The notes under the pieces: model-generated
What the model saw: only the letters and a program-made list of their open reading frames with translations
Told to the model about the DNA's origin: nothing
The model's database searches: none
Part shown: piece by piece, positions 16,346-26,000 of the stretch
Layout of the letters: each line of letters opens with the position of its first letter
Numbering within the stretch: the stretch's first letter is position 1
Origin: a virus
Lineage: Duplodnaviria > Caudoviricetes
Strand: one strand, 5' to 3'
Length of the DNA: 52,741 bases
Virus record (IMG/VR): IMGVR_UViG_3300031825_000389
Span: 1-52,741 of that record
Translations under genes and position numbers: made by a program

Positions 16346-16455
16346 TGAGGTCGCACACCAGGGACTTCCCCGTCCGGCTTCACATGGCGGGCTTTTTCGC
16401 GCGCCCACCCATAGGCGCCCGGCCCGCAGATGGAGCCAGGCACCTCGAAGGACGA

Positions 16456-17298
16456 CTATGCAGCGCGCCTCGCCGGCTTGAACTTTCGGCTCAGGTGCTT
16501 CCGGATGCGATCAGCGATCTCCGGGAGGACCGGCAGGCACAAGTGTGAAGTCGCGCCGGCCATCGCCTCGTCCCAGGCGACGATGAAGTCGAAATCGTCC
16601 ATGGCTTCGAGGAGTGCCGATCCAGCTTCCCTCCACTGCGCGTTCTCGGAAAGCACCACGCAGAGAGCCTCGACGATCTTCCCACGGACCGAGCCCGAAT
16701 TTCCGTCACCGGTCTGGGTGATGCACTGCAAGGCCGTGATGAGGGTGTCGCGGCCGTATTTCTCCAGACATTGCTGAAGAGCGGCAACTGACTGTGTCTG
16801 CCCCTTCTTCACCCGGTGGCGCCCCAGACTCTTGCGCGAAATTGATACCTCAGCCGCCGCGCAGACTTCAGCCAGTGCCAGAGCCTGTGGATCACCTGCA
16901 GTCAAACGGGCGTAGAAGATCTGCTGCGGCTGGATCTTCGTCACATGACCGTTCACGGCCGCGAAGGCTTCAGCCTGCTTGGCGCGGTCCGCCTGAACGA
17001 CCTGACACGGGACGGTCTCGAACCCGCGAAGCATCGCGGCCGTGGTGCGGTGCTGCCCGTCGACGACGGCAAAGCGCCCACCCTCTACAGGTGCGACGAT
17101 GACGGGAGCGAATTTTGACCAGTCGAAGCCTTCCGCGATCCGGCGGACATTCGATTGCCCGCGGGTACTCATCTCTCGTTGATAGCCGGGGTCGACCACG
17201 AGCTTATCGACCTCGATCCACTGGAGCATCGGGAAAGGCCCCGCATTGAGCGCGGACTTGGGGGCCGAGAAATTGGCGGTAGATAAGGCTTTGAGCAT
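16456..17298 (-). CDS. ParB/Srx N-terminal-domain protein (DUF6551-like)
   Basis: LVVDPGYQR..FDWSKFAPVIV..VVDGQHRTTAA; paralog of 46202..47035. Confidence 0.85.
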   Translation of the reverse strand: MLKALSTANFSAPKSALNAGPFPMLQWIEVDKLVVDPGYQREMSTRGQSNVRRIAEGFDWSKFAPVIVAPVEGGRFAVVDGQHRTTAAMLRGFETVPCQVVQADRAKQAEAFAAVNGHVTKIQPQQIFYARLTAGDPQALALAEVCAAAEVSISRKSLGRHRVKKGQTQSVAALQQCLEKYGRDTLITALQCITQTGDGNSGSVRGKIVEALCVVLSENAQWREAGSALLEAMDDFDFIVAWDEAMAGATSHLCLPVLPEIADRIRKHLSRKFKPARRAA

Positions 17299-17422
17299 GG
17301 CGTCCTCACAGGTTGTTAACCATAAAAGGACGCGCCCGCCGCCGCGGGCTGTCACGCTGTGGGGGCGAAATATCCCCGGTATCCCGATGAGCAGCGCACA
17401 CAGTGCATATGCGAAGGTACTC

Positions 17423-17671
17423 CTACTGCCCCACGGCATCCTTCACACACTTGGTCGTGAAGCTGGTCTTCGCCGCACCGGCGAGCTTCTTTTCGGCCGC
17501 CTGCGTGTCGCACGTTGCCTGGGCGTCCTTCTGGCATTTTCCCATGAAGCTGGTCTTAGCGGCGCCCGCGAGGTTCTTGCTGGCAGAGGTGGCCGTGCAG
17601 GTGTCGGCCAGGGAGACGGTGGTCGCCATCGAAGCGATGGCCAGCGCAAGAGCGAACGTCTTCATCTTCAT
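17423..17671 (-). CDS. Secreted PsiF-repeat-like protein
   Basis: Signal peptide plus two C..KxLAGAAKTSFxxKC repeats; the start may be 17665. Confidence 0.8.
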   Translation of the reverse strand: MKMKTFALALAIASMATTVSLADTCTATSASKNLAGAAKTSFMGKCQKDAQATCDTQAAEKKLAGAAKTSFTTKCVKDAVGQ

Positions 17672-17738
17672 TCCTCCCGAGGGTCCGTACTGAAGGAGGC
17701 TAGCGCCTCGCCGACCTGCCTTCCATCGTGCCCATGCG

Positions 17739-17894
17739 TCACCAAACCAGAACGGCCGCAAGGGCGTGCCAGCCCCACCCGATAAGCTTCGCGAAGGACA
17801 CACCAACGATCAGAACGGTCGTGACGGCGATGCAAGTCCAAGCAAGCGCCCGCTTCCACCGCGCGGCATCGGGAGAAGTCCAGGGCTCATTCAT
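17739..17894 (-). CDS. Small membrane protein
   Basis: MNEPWTSPDAARWKRALAWTCIAVTTVLIVGVSFAKLIGWGW..., hydrophobic. Confidence 0.5.
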   Translation of the reverse strand: MNEPWTSPDAARWKRALAWTCIAVTTVLIVGVSFAKLIGWGWHALAAVLVW

Positions 17895-18120
17895 GGCGTC
17901 GCTTTGGCCTTGGGATCGAGTTTGGATGCGCCCAGTCATGACCCAAGAAGACAGCGGCCCTGTGGAGCGCGTGCAGCAGCTCGGAAAGCTGCCGGTACTC
18001 CTCACTGGCCACCGGCGCCCCGACAAGAAGCTTGAGCACATCATCCCTGCCTTTGAGGACCAAGTCGATGAAGCGCTCAGTATCGAATTCCGTCCACACT
18101 CTGCGGTGCCGGGAGGACAT
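17887..18120 (-). CDS. Hypothetical protein
   Basis: 77 aa; AGGAGG RBS; coupled to 18124..18333. Confidence 0.55.
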   Translation of the reverse strand: MSSRHRRVWTEFDTERFIDLVLKGRDDVLKLLVGAPVASEEYRQLSELLHALHRAAVFLGHDWAHPNSIPRPKRRHE

Positions 18121-18123
18121 AGG

Positions 18124-18333
18124 CTACCCCTCCTGAGCACGGCGCCCGCGGCGGAAGCCGGCCGAGGCATCCGCCATCAGACGCGACATCTCGTGCTCCA
18201 GGTACGCCTGCCCCACCAGCAGCGCCCGGATTGTCGCGCGCGGGTCGCCCTCGCACGCCTCCAACGCGGCATCCACCTCCGCTTCGCTCACGTCAAAAGG
18301 GAATTGTTCGGCGGGCGCGGGCTCGCTCGGCAT
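18124..18333 (-). CDS. Conserved small alphaproteobacterial phage protein
   Basis: VDAALEACEGDPRATIRALL..SAGFRRG motif; divergent from SRAP. Confidence 0.7.
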   Translation of the reverse strand: MPSEPAPAEQFPFDVSEAEVDAALEACEGDPRATIRALLVGQAYLEHEMSRLMADASAGFRRGRRAQEG

Positions 18334-18372
18334 GGCACTCTCCAGGGCTGATCTGCCCTATCGATTCCACGA

Positions 18373-18387
18373 GAACGAAAAGAGAAC
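18373..18387. promoter_or_regulatory. LexA (SOS) box
   Basis: GAACgaaaagaGAAC, an exact GAAC-N7-GAAC, between divergent genes. Confidence 0.75.
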
Positions 18388-18443
18388 AAGCCACGAGATA
18401 TGGGGGGTGGAAGTTCGCCGAGGCAGAGGCTAGCGTTTGTGGA

Positions 18444-19163
18444 ATGTGCAACCTCTACAGCCAGACCAGCAACGCCCAGGCGATCATCGATTTCGTCAAG
18501 GCCACGCGGAACAGGGCCGGCAACCTTCAGTCCCAGCCGGGAATCTTCCCGGACTACAGCGCGCCGATCGTGCGCACCGCAGAGGACGGGGTGCGCGAGC
18601 TCGCCATGGTGCGCTGGGGCATGCCGTCATCGCAGCTGGCGCTCATGGAGTCCGCCAAGAAGCGCGCGGCGAAGCTGGAGGCGAAGGGGCAGACGGTCGA
18701 CTTCAAGGAGCTGCTGCGCCTGGAGCCGGACAGCGGCACCACCAACATCCGCAACACCAGCAGCAAGCACTGGCAGCGCTGGCTTGGCCCGGCGAACCGG
18801 TGCGTGGTCCCCTTCACGAGCTTCAGCGAATTCAACAAGGCGGCCGGCGGCGACGTGTGGTTCGCCTTCTCGGAGGAGCGGCCCCTCGCCTTCTTCGCCG
18901 GCATCTGGACGGCGGGGTGGACCTCGGTCCGCAAGATGAAGACCGGGGTCGAGACCATCGACCTGTTCGGCTTTCTCACCACGGAGCCGAGCGAGCCGGT
19001 GGTCAGCATCCACCCGAAGGCCATGCCGGTGATCCTAACGGAACCGGAAGAAATCGAGATATGGATGACGGCTCCATGGGCAGACGCGAAGGCGCTGCAG
19101 AGACCGTTGCCGGCTGGCGCGCTGCAGATTGTGGCCCGGGGCACCAAAAAGGATGAGGTCTGA
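18444..19163 (+). CDS. SOS response-associated peptidase (SRAP/YedK family)
   Basis: Catalytic N-terminal MCNLY, RCVVPFTSFSE, FAGIW, IHPKAMPVIL. Confidence 0.93.
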   Translation: MCNLYSQTSNAQAIIDFVKATRNRAGNLQSQPGIFPDYSAPIVRTAEDGVRELAMVRWGMPSSQLALMESAKKRAAKLEAKGQTVDFKELLRLEPDSGTTNIRNTSSKHWQRWLGPANRCVVPFTSFSEFNKAAGGDVWFAFSEERPLAFFAGIWTAGWTSVRKMKTGVETIDLFGFLTTEPSEPVVSIHPKAMPVILTEPEEIEIWMTAPWADAKALQRPLPAGALQIVARGTKKDEV

Positions 19164-19168
19164 AACGC

Positions 19169-19201
19169 AAAAAAAGCCCCGCCCTCCTGAGAGAGCGGGG
19201 C
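19169..19201 (-). terminator. Intrinsic terminator ending the late (lysis) operon
   Basis: A7-GCCCCGC..GCGGGGC hairpin; U-run on the minus strand. Confidence 0.65.
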
Positions 19202-19278
19202 GGTGCCGGGAGCAAGCATTCCGGCCCGGTCGGCCTTATGCTGCAACGGTTTTAGGTGGTGCCGGTGGCGGCGCTCGC

Positions 19279-19512
19279 CTACTCCCCCAGCGCCCCGATG
19301 AAGTGCGGCGCTTCGCCTTCGGTATAATCCGGTCCGGATGGATTATACCTTGCGGCCCGCCTCCCCTCCTCCACCAGCACCACCTCGGCCGCCTCGCTCA
19401 TGAGCCGGACGGCGTCGCGATGCGTGAGCGGGACCCGCTCTGCTTCCTGCCCCGGCCGGCTGATGACCGCATAGGCGCCATCATCGTCCCAATCGATCGA
19501 GAGGCGGGTCAT
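19279..19512 (-). CDS. Hypothetical phage protein
   Basis: Starts MTRLSIDW with an ATGA overlap. Confidence 0.55.
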   Translation of the reverse strand: MTRLSIDWDDDGAYAVISRPGQEAERVPLTHRDAVRLMSEAAEVVLVEEGRRAARYNPSGPDYTEGEAPHFIGALGE

Positions 19513-19838
19513 GGATGGGGCGGCTTCATGAGGCTGATCTGGGCACCCACCCACATCACGCCCATGGTGGCCACGATGATCACCCCGATGATCGTAATCC
19601 CGATCTGGCGCGCGAGCACGTCGGTCAGCTCGCGCCAGCGCCGCAAGTGGTGGAAGTCGGCCCGGATGCGCTTTCGCTCGTCCGAGTCGTCGGCATAAAG
19701 CCCCACCTCCATGAAGGCGCGCTGCACGGCTTTGCTGGTCTCGGTGGCATAGGCCTCCCGCTCCTCCCGCAGAACCTCCCGCAACTCCTCGCGGGAGATG
19801 ACCACCATTTCGGACCCGACCTCATTCGTTGGCGTCAT
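19509..19838 (-). CDS. Membrane protein in the lysis cassette (holin-like)
   Basis: Charged N-terminus and one C-terminal TM segment (IGITIIGVIIVATMGVMWVG). Confidence 0.6.
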   Translation of the reverse strand: MTPTNEVGSEMVVISREELREVLREEREAYATETSKAVQRAFMEVGLYADDSDERKRIRADFHHLRRWRELTDVLARQIGITIIGVIIVATMGVMWVGAQISLMKPPHP

Positions 19839-20062
19839 CGCGCTCCCCGCCATCCGCAAATTTCCTTGCCGACGGCATTGTGCGCCCGCACCTGCCGCTT
19901 GGTCGGTACAGTGTCGCTCTGCGACCATGTGATGGCGCGGAACGCGCCGCAGGCGACCTTAGTCCCGGCGGAACCCGTCGTCTGGCATGCCGTCAGGCCC
20001 AACAGGCACAGCATCGCTGCGCTCGCGCGCGCGGCTCGCCCGGTCAATGACACCCTGCGCAT
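19835..20062 (-). CDS. Lipoprotein, putative o-spanin (Rz1-like)
   Basis: LLGLTA-C lipobox; overlaps the upstream membrane gene in another frame; start may be 20014. Confidence 0.7.
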   Translation of the reverse strand: MRRVSLTGRAARASAAMLCLLGLTACQTTGSAGTKVACGAFRAITWSQSDTVPTKRQVRAHNAVGKEICGWRGAR

Positions 20063-20252
20063 CGCTTTCCGCCTTCTGCTTGAGGTACGCGGCACGGTCA
20101 TCGCCGCCCTTGTCGTAGGCCACCCACACCAGGGCGAGGGCCGCATAGATCACCGCCGGCCGGGAGCCGAAGCGGACCCACAGCGCGGCGACGATGGCGC
20201 CGTTGGCGGCCACGTACAGCCACCAGGGGATGAGGGAGAGGAGCCACTGCAT
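19959..20252 (-). CDS. Putative i-spanin (Rz-like) membrane protein
   Basis: N-terminal hydrophobic segments and a periplasmic helix ending DDGFRRD; follows the endolysin. Confidence 0.6.
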   Translation of the reverse strand: MQWLLSLIPWWLYVAANGAIVAALWVRFGSRPAVIYAALALVWVAYDKGGDDRAAYLKQKAESDAQGVIDRASRARERSDAVPVGPDGMPDDGFRRD

Positions 20253-21154
20253 CACGCCGCCGCCTCTGCAGCCTCGTTGCCATTGTCCGGCGCGGGAGAC
20301 GGGGCGAGGTCCAGGTCGGCCCGGAGCTGCTTCGCCCTGCGGTTGGCCCACCATGCATAGCCGGCACCCGCGAGGGTGAGCGCGACGCCGAGCACGATCA
20401 GCACATTGAGCACCACGTCGAGCGTGGTGGAGATGCCCTGTGCCGGCTGGATCGCCGTGGTCGCCGTTGAGACGGCCGAAGACGCTCCACCCACGCCAGC
20501 GGCCAGCGTCCCCTTGTCCGGGCTGGGGAGCGGCTTGGCGTCGGTCGGCAGGGCCTTTCCGGGGGCCGTGGTCCATCCGGGAGGCGGCTCGAGCGGCACG
20601 GACCCGCGTGCGACGGCCTGCCCGAGCTTGCGCACGTCGGCGACGCGCCGCCCCCAGCCCTTGCCGTAGACAGACCACGTCCGGAGGGCCTTCAGCATCG
20701 CGAGGCGGCGAGCCTGCATCGCAGCGATCACCGCATCCGTGTCGTCCAGCGCATTAGCCGCCACGACGGTGTTGGTGCCCATCTGCCCATCCACGAGGAT
20801 AGGGCTGTCACCGGTTTTCGCCCGCACGTCGTTGATGGCGCGCTGAAGCCACTTCACCGACTGCGCCGGGCCGGAGTTCACCCCGCCGTCGAACACCACG
20901 TAATCGAGCCCCGCCGGCAGATCGTCGCAGTGCATCACGTCCCAATAATAGGTGCGCCAGATCTCCACCCGCTCGGGCACCGTAATGCCCCACACATCGG
21001 CACGGGGACGCCCCTTGTCCCGAAGATACTGGTTGTAGCGGGCCTGCGTGACGCCGTAGGCCGTCCGGCCGCCGGGGTCCCTCTTGTCGTCGTCCTTGCC
21101 GCCCTCGTGGACGTTGACGCACGCGAGCGCCGGCTCAAAGTTCTGAGCGACCAT
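20252..21154 (-). CDS. Endolysin, glycoside hydrolase family 108 with PG-binding domain and hydrophobic C-tail
   Basis: HEGG..D.RDPGGRTAYGVTQ, LPAGLDYVVFDGGVNSG, YGKGWGRRV. Confidence 0.9.
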   Translation of the reverse strand: MVAQNFEPALACVNVHEGGKDDDKRDPGGRTAYGVTQARYNQYLRDKGRPRADVWGITVPERVEIWRTYYWDVMHCDDLPAGLDYVVFDGGVNSGPAQSVKWLQRAINDVRAKTGDSPILVDGQMGTNTVVAANALDDTDAVIAAMQARRLAMLKALRTWSVYGKGWGRRVADVRKLGQAVARGSVPLEPPPGWTTAPGKALPTDAKPLPSPDKGTLAAGVGGASSAVSTATTAIQPAQGISTTLDVVLNVLIVLGVALTLAGAGYAWWANRRAKQLRADLDLAPSPAPDNGNEAAEAAA

Positions 21155-21250
21155 GGATCACCTGTGGTGTTGGAGAGACGCACGTCGGCGCGCCCCGGCT
21201 GGTGCAGGGACGGGGAGAGCGGTCAGGGGGTGGCTGGGCTAGAGAGCGGA

Positions 21251-21583
21251 TCAGCGCAGGCGGGTGATGTAAACTCGCGCCCCAGCAGCCAGATATTGCT
21301 GGTTGGCCTCATCACTCTCGACGAGCCACACGCTCACCGGGTCATAGACTGGCGGGTCGGCGCCGATGCGGGGCATATGCGTCACCAATTCGACCGCCTC
21401 GCCGTCGGCCGTTACATTGACGGACGGCGCATCTCCTGCAACGGGGCCAATATCAACGATGCACCACCCACCAGCATCAGGCAGGCCGGCCTCGTAGCCG
21501 TCCGCGAGGGAGAGGACATCTCCGGACTCAATAGTGATCGTCCCGGACGATCCGGGCGGGAGCGAGAAAAGCAGATCGGCCAT
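21251..21583 (-). CDS. Hypothetical tail-associated protein
   Basis: 110 aa; downstream of the SGNH protein. Confidence 0.6.
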   Translation of the reverse strand: MADLLFSLPPGSSGTITIESGDVLSLADGYEAGLPDAGGWCIVDIGPVAGDAPSVNVTADGEAVELVTHMPRIGADPPVYDPVSVWLVESDEANQQYLAAGARVYITRLR

Positions 21584-21608
21584 TTGCGCATCCTATGTAT
21601 TCGATGGA

Positions 21609-22856
21609 TCAAATAGCGGCGATCGCCGCCCGGAGCGCCGTGTAGGTCAGGCGCGCGTAGTAGTCGGACCCATAGATGGAGCCATGCACCCCGTCCGCGT
21701 TGGTCACAAAGTCCGCATTGCCGTCGCCGGTTGGGCTCCCGTCCTTCCCGGTGCCGGTGCACCATGGTGCCTGCCCCGCATGGCCCGTAGCCCCCGAGCT
21801 GTTGACCCACACGCCGGCCGTCATGTCGATGTCAATCCAGGGGCCCGCGATGGACTGGAGTGCCGGGTAGACCAGTGCATGCTTGGCCACGCCGGACCCA
21901 TAGGACGAGGTCTGCGGTGTGAAGGTAGACATGCTCACGATGACTGCATTGGGCAGCGCCGCCCGGAGCGCCGCGAATACAGCAGTACAGCCGGCAGTTA
22001 GTCCTGTGGTCCCATCATTATACGGGTCCGCGACAATAACGAGGTCAGGATTTGAGTTAGTGATGCATGCCAACCGTCCAGCGTCCTGAAAGGTCTTGAG
22101 GCCAGATCCTCCGGTGATAAAGCCGGAGCCGCCCCCCGCTGAGAGTGTGAAGAGGGGGCTTATCTCCTTGTCGACCATTCGAAAAAGGCATTCGAGGAAC
22201 TGCCCGCACACACTGTTCCCGGCGATGGCCTGTCCATAAGAATTCGTCAGAGCGGCCACCTTGATCTGCTGGTCGAGAGCCACCGCCGCGATGGAGCTGT
22301 TCCGGTCTGTCGCCACCCCCGCGAAGCCGAAGGACTGCCCATAGCAGACGATCCGTTTGGAGACGCGGCCCGGGAATGTGACCCCCAGCCGGACGGCCGC
22401 GAACCCGCCGGCAGATGTGAGGGTGTAAAAACCGGACTGCACAAATTCGCCGTCCGCAAAGATGGTCCACCGACCTCCTGCACGGTCGCATAGGTCAAAC
22501 GCGGTACCGTCAAAGTCAAAGGAGACAATCGCCTGATTGACACCCTCCGTCCCTGATGCGGAGGGGCCATAGAAAGTCACCCCCGAGCTGGTGAATATTG
22601 TCCGCCAATTCACCCAGTCATGGATGGAATAGTACGTCCCTACAACACCAGCCGTCTGTGCCCGCCGCTCATTGTAGGGAGACGTGAGGGCGGTGGACGT
22701 GCCGGTAGCTGATGCGCTCGGGGCTGTCTGGCTCAGGGTTGGTGGCGCAGCCATCACGGATGGCATCTTGCCCACCGTTCGGCCGAAAACCGTCTGAAGG
22801 CGGCGCAATGGGGAAGCGGAGAAGTCGCGATAGTATTTCGTCATGTCGACCGCCAT
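21609..22856 (-). CDS. SGNH/GDSL-hydrolase-like tail/receptor-binding protein
   Basis: Block I ALTNSY, block II GGSGF, block III PYND, block V DGVHG; sits at the tail-fibre position. Confidence 0.7.
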   Translation of the reverse strand: MAVDMTKYYRDFSASPLRRLQTVFGRTVGKMPSVMAAPPTLSQTAPSASATGTSTALTSPYNERRAQTAGVVGTYYSIHDWVNWRTIFTSSGVTFYGPSASGTEGVNQAIVSFDFDGTAFDLCDRAGGRWTIFADGEFVQSGFYTLTSAGGFAAVRLGVTFPGRVSKRIVCYGQSFGFAGVATDRNSSIAAVALDQQIKVAALTNSYGQAIAGNSVCGQFLECLFRMVDKEISPLFTLSAGGGSGFITGGSGLKTFQDAGRLACITNSNPDLVIVADPYNDGTTGLTAGCTAVFAALRAALPNAVIVSMSTFTPQTSSYGSGVAKHALVYPALQSIAGPWIDIDMTAGVWVNSSGATGHAGQAPWCTGTGKDGSPTGDGNADFVTNADGVHGSIYGSDYYARLTYTALRAAIAAI

Positions 22857-23020
22857 CAGTAGAAGTAGTAATACGGAGCGGCGATGATTTGCCCATCATC
22901 GTCAAGGATCAGAGAGCTATCGTCGTCACGAAGCCATTCGTATCCAATGGGCGGAAACGTATCGTCCATCCCCCATCCGAAGATCCACGTCACTCGTAGA
23001 GTAAGCACCGGAAGGGCCAT
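22856..23020 (-). CDS. Small tail-region protein, 54 aa, not in the ORF track
   Basis: MALPVLTLRVTWIFGWGMDDTFPPIGYEWLRDDDSSLILDDDGQIIAAPYYYFY; fills the gap and is TGATG-coupled. Confidence 0.55.
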   Translation of the reverse strand: MALPVLTLRVTWIFGWGMDDTFPPIGYEWLRDDDSSLILDDDGQIIAAPYYYFY

Positions 23021-23023
23021 GTC

Positions 23024-26000
23024 TCAGCTCCACTCAAATCTGGCTTGCCCCGTCCGTCCGGCGCCGCCGTCGTAGCTATTGCCGTCACCTGGCAAACCGG
23101 CAGCGCCGACCTCCACCATCATCACCGTGCCGGGCACGAGGTCGCCCGGCGCATAGGTCTTGATGACCACCCCGCCGGGGCCGGTGCCCGATGTCGAGTA
23201 GACCGTGCCGGAAATGGTGCGCCGGGCACCGGAGGCACCAGCACCGGCCGCCGCGCCCGAAAGGCCGTCGCCGTCCGCTCCGACGCTGGCTCCGCCAGAA
23301 CCGGGAATGCCGGGCGTGTCACCTCCGGCGCCGGAGGCCGAGACGCTGGGAGCCGCGCCTGCGGAGCCGGTGTAATTTCCGTCGCCGCCACTGGCGCTGC
23401 CGGCGAGGCCGCCGGTGGTCCGGTCGGCCGGCACCGGGCTTCCTCCCGCCACCATTCCGTCAAACGTGGTGTCGCCCCCCGCCGTGCCAGCTGGAAAGGT
23501 GCCGGCGTTGGAGATGCCGTGCGCGCCGGCCGACGCCCCCACCAGCGTCACCACCAGCTCGGTTTCATAGTTCGGGACGATGATCGGATAGGTGCCTGGT
23601 ACGCTCAGCGTCCGCGAGCCAGGTGCATCGAAACTCCCCGCCGCGGTGCGCACCAACTCCGGCGCCTCATCCACCAGCGTGAGCGCGAACAGGCCGTCGT
23701 CGGTTTCCTCGATACCGAAAACGATGCACCGCACCGTTTCCTCTGTCGCGGGCCCCCAATAGACCAGCGACGCCTCAGCGCCTTCGCCGACAGCCGGGAC
23801 AACCTGCACGTCCCAGCCCGAGATGACGGTCACGGTGGCATCCGGGACCGGCGTGACGAGGGTCACCGTCGTGTGCTCGCCTTCGCCTTGCGCGATTGCA
23901 TGGGCGGAGAACGTCCCGTCCATGCGCGAGATGACGACGCCGAAGCCAGGGTCGCCGGCGGCGATTTCAACGGCGCTGTCCAGCACCAGCCCGGTGATAT
24001 TTCCGCCCGACACGATCTTGCTCTTGATCCGCGCGGAGCCTGCCCGCTTGGTGAGCACGTCGTGGGTGATGCCGACAAGATCGCCGCGTCGGCAGGCGAT
24101 GGCGATCGCATGCGTGTCGAGATAGTAAAACGTGCCGCGCGCCGTCGGCTGGGCGAGGTCGAAGTTGGCGCGGCCGAGCACCTTCGCCTCGGTCACCAGC
24201 CCGCGGTAACGCACGTCCTCGAAGTTGCTGCCCGTGGCACCCGGACGGAAGACGATACTCTGCCGATCCTCGTAGTTGGCGGCCTTGTCCGGCCAAGTGA
24301 CCCGCCAGCCGTCTGCGAGCCGGGGGAGGGCGCGCTCCCACCGGAAATTGGTGCTGTTGCGCGAAGAGAAGATCTGCCGCAGCGGCTCGCCGGTGCGGTC
24401 CTTATCCTCGAAGACGCCCCACACCTCGCTCTGCGTCGGCCGCGCAAAACCGCAGGACGCCAGCATGTTGAGCACGTCCTGAGTTGCTTCGCCCTGCACC
24501 AGTGCATCGCAGGTGTAGCCCTGCGCGTCGCAGGTGTTGCGCCACTCCTGAAGCGCATCTTCGTCCACCAGGTCGTCCGGCAATGGGTCCTTGTTGAGCA
24601 CGCCGGCGAGCACGTCACGATAGTGGTGCGCCGGGTTGCTGGTGGTGATCCAGTCGCCCGTTTCCAAGTCCGGCACCCAGCCGGAGGCGAGGGCGGAGAT
24701 GTTCTCGATCGTGCGGTTTTTCCCCCGCACCGCAATGAGCGCGTCGCCGCCCATGGCCACCGGGTGCTCGTTCCAAACCGACTGCCCGCGGATTACATAA
24801 AGGTCAGAGAACCAGTCGTCGTTGGCAATGACAGACGCGTTTCCGCCCGTGATGTAGTAGCCAAACCAATCATAGGTCGCCACGGCATAGACATACGCCG
24901 TACTCAACACATCCTTTCGCACCGGGGCACCACGACGAATACGAAATTCCCACGCCGCCTTCGGAAACAAATTTGGATTTAGGTAGAATGTTATATTGTC
25001 TGTCGTGAGGTGGGTATGCAGAACACCACTGGTTCCGGGGTTACTATCATCAAGAAAGATGCTGCCGGTCTCTCCGAAGTAGGGGTGAGCCTCCCACCCG
25101 CCAGACCCGATGGGATTGACCGATTGCGTCGGGACGCTCCGAAAGGCGAGCGGGAACCCACGATTGGCGGGCGCGGTGGGTGGCGATGGCTCGGTGTCGG
25201 TGAAAGCGATGATGACTTCGCCCCGCACCTCTGTCTGCCGCCGGCCAGAAATCCAGAACTCGGGAAAGTTGATCCAGGTGTTGGAGCCGCGCGGGCGCCC
25301 CTGTAGGCGCAGCGGCACCATCAGCCAATAGTTCTCAAAGCTCGGGTCCGAGATGCCGATGCCGCCGGGTGCCCCAAGGCGGATGCGAAACTGGTCCGGC
25401 GCGTCGCCGGTGGCCATCGTCTGCCACTTGGGCAGGCTGTTCGCCGGCGTCGCCTGATCCTTCAGGCGAACCGGGTTATCGGGGTTGGTGATGTGCTTGG
25501 ACAGCTCGGCCGAGACATTCACCGCCCGCACCTGGCGCGTCACCAGCGTCAGCGGCGCATCGTCGTCCCATCCCTCGCGGGTCTCGTATTCGATATCTTC
25601 CGCCTCGGCGATATTCGCGTCGCCGAGGCGGATGTCATCGAGGAGATGCGGGCCCGCGAGAGCGCCGCCAAGGGACACGAATTCGTCGCCGTCGATCACC
25701 TCGTAGAACGGGTCCGTGAACGGCATGGGATAGGCGCGATAGGTGCCGAAGACCCGCGGCAGCGGGCCGCCCGGCTGCATCACGTTCGCCTGCGCGGCGG
25801 CCGCCCCCCGCTCATCCTGGCCGCGACGCGTAGGCGAGGCTGTCGGCGGCGCCGACAGGGCGCTGAGCGCGAGCGATCCGGCAAGGCCGATTCCAAGAGC
25901 GAGGAACTTCGCGCCGATGCCGGTGCCAAGTGCGGAGAGCGCGCCGGCCGATGTGAACAGGCCGCCCGTCAAGGTCGCGCCGATGCCGCCCGCCGCCGCC

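Noticed and set aside
16346-16408. N-terminal part of ORF 16199..16408 as a real gene start
   Set aside because: Transposase similarity begins only at HRYLAEF; the upstream part looks like the terminator region of the ParB-like gene.
19160-19185. TCTGAAACGCAAAA..CCCCGCC shared with 41700
   Set aside because: Both are terminator tails; the similarity is short and explained by common terminator composition.
23045-24982. Long + strand ORFs antisense to structural genes (also 29175..30467, 31492..33048, 42130..43434, 45989..47515)
   Set aside because: Shadow ORFs typical of high-GC DNA, Arg/Gly/Ala-rich, overlapping well-supported minus-strand genes.
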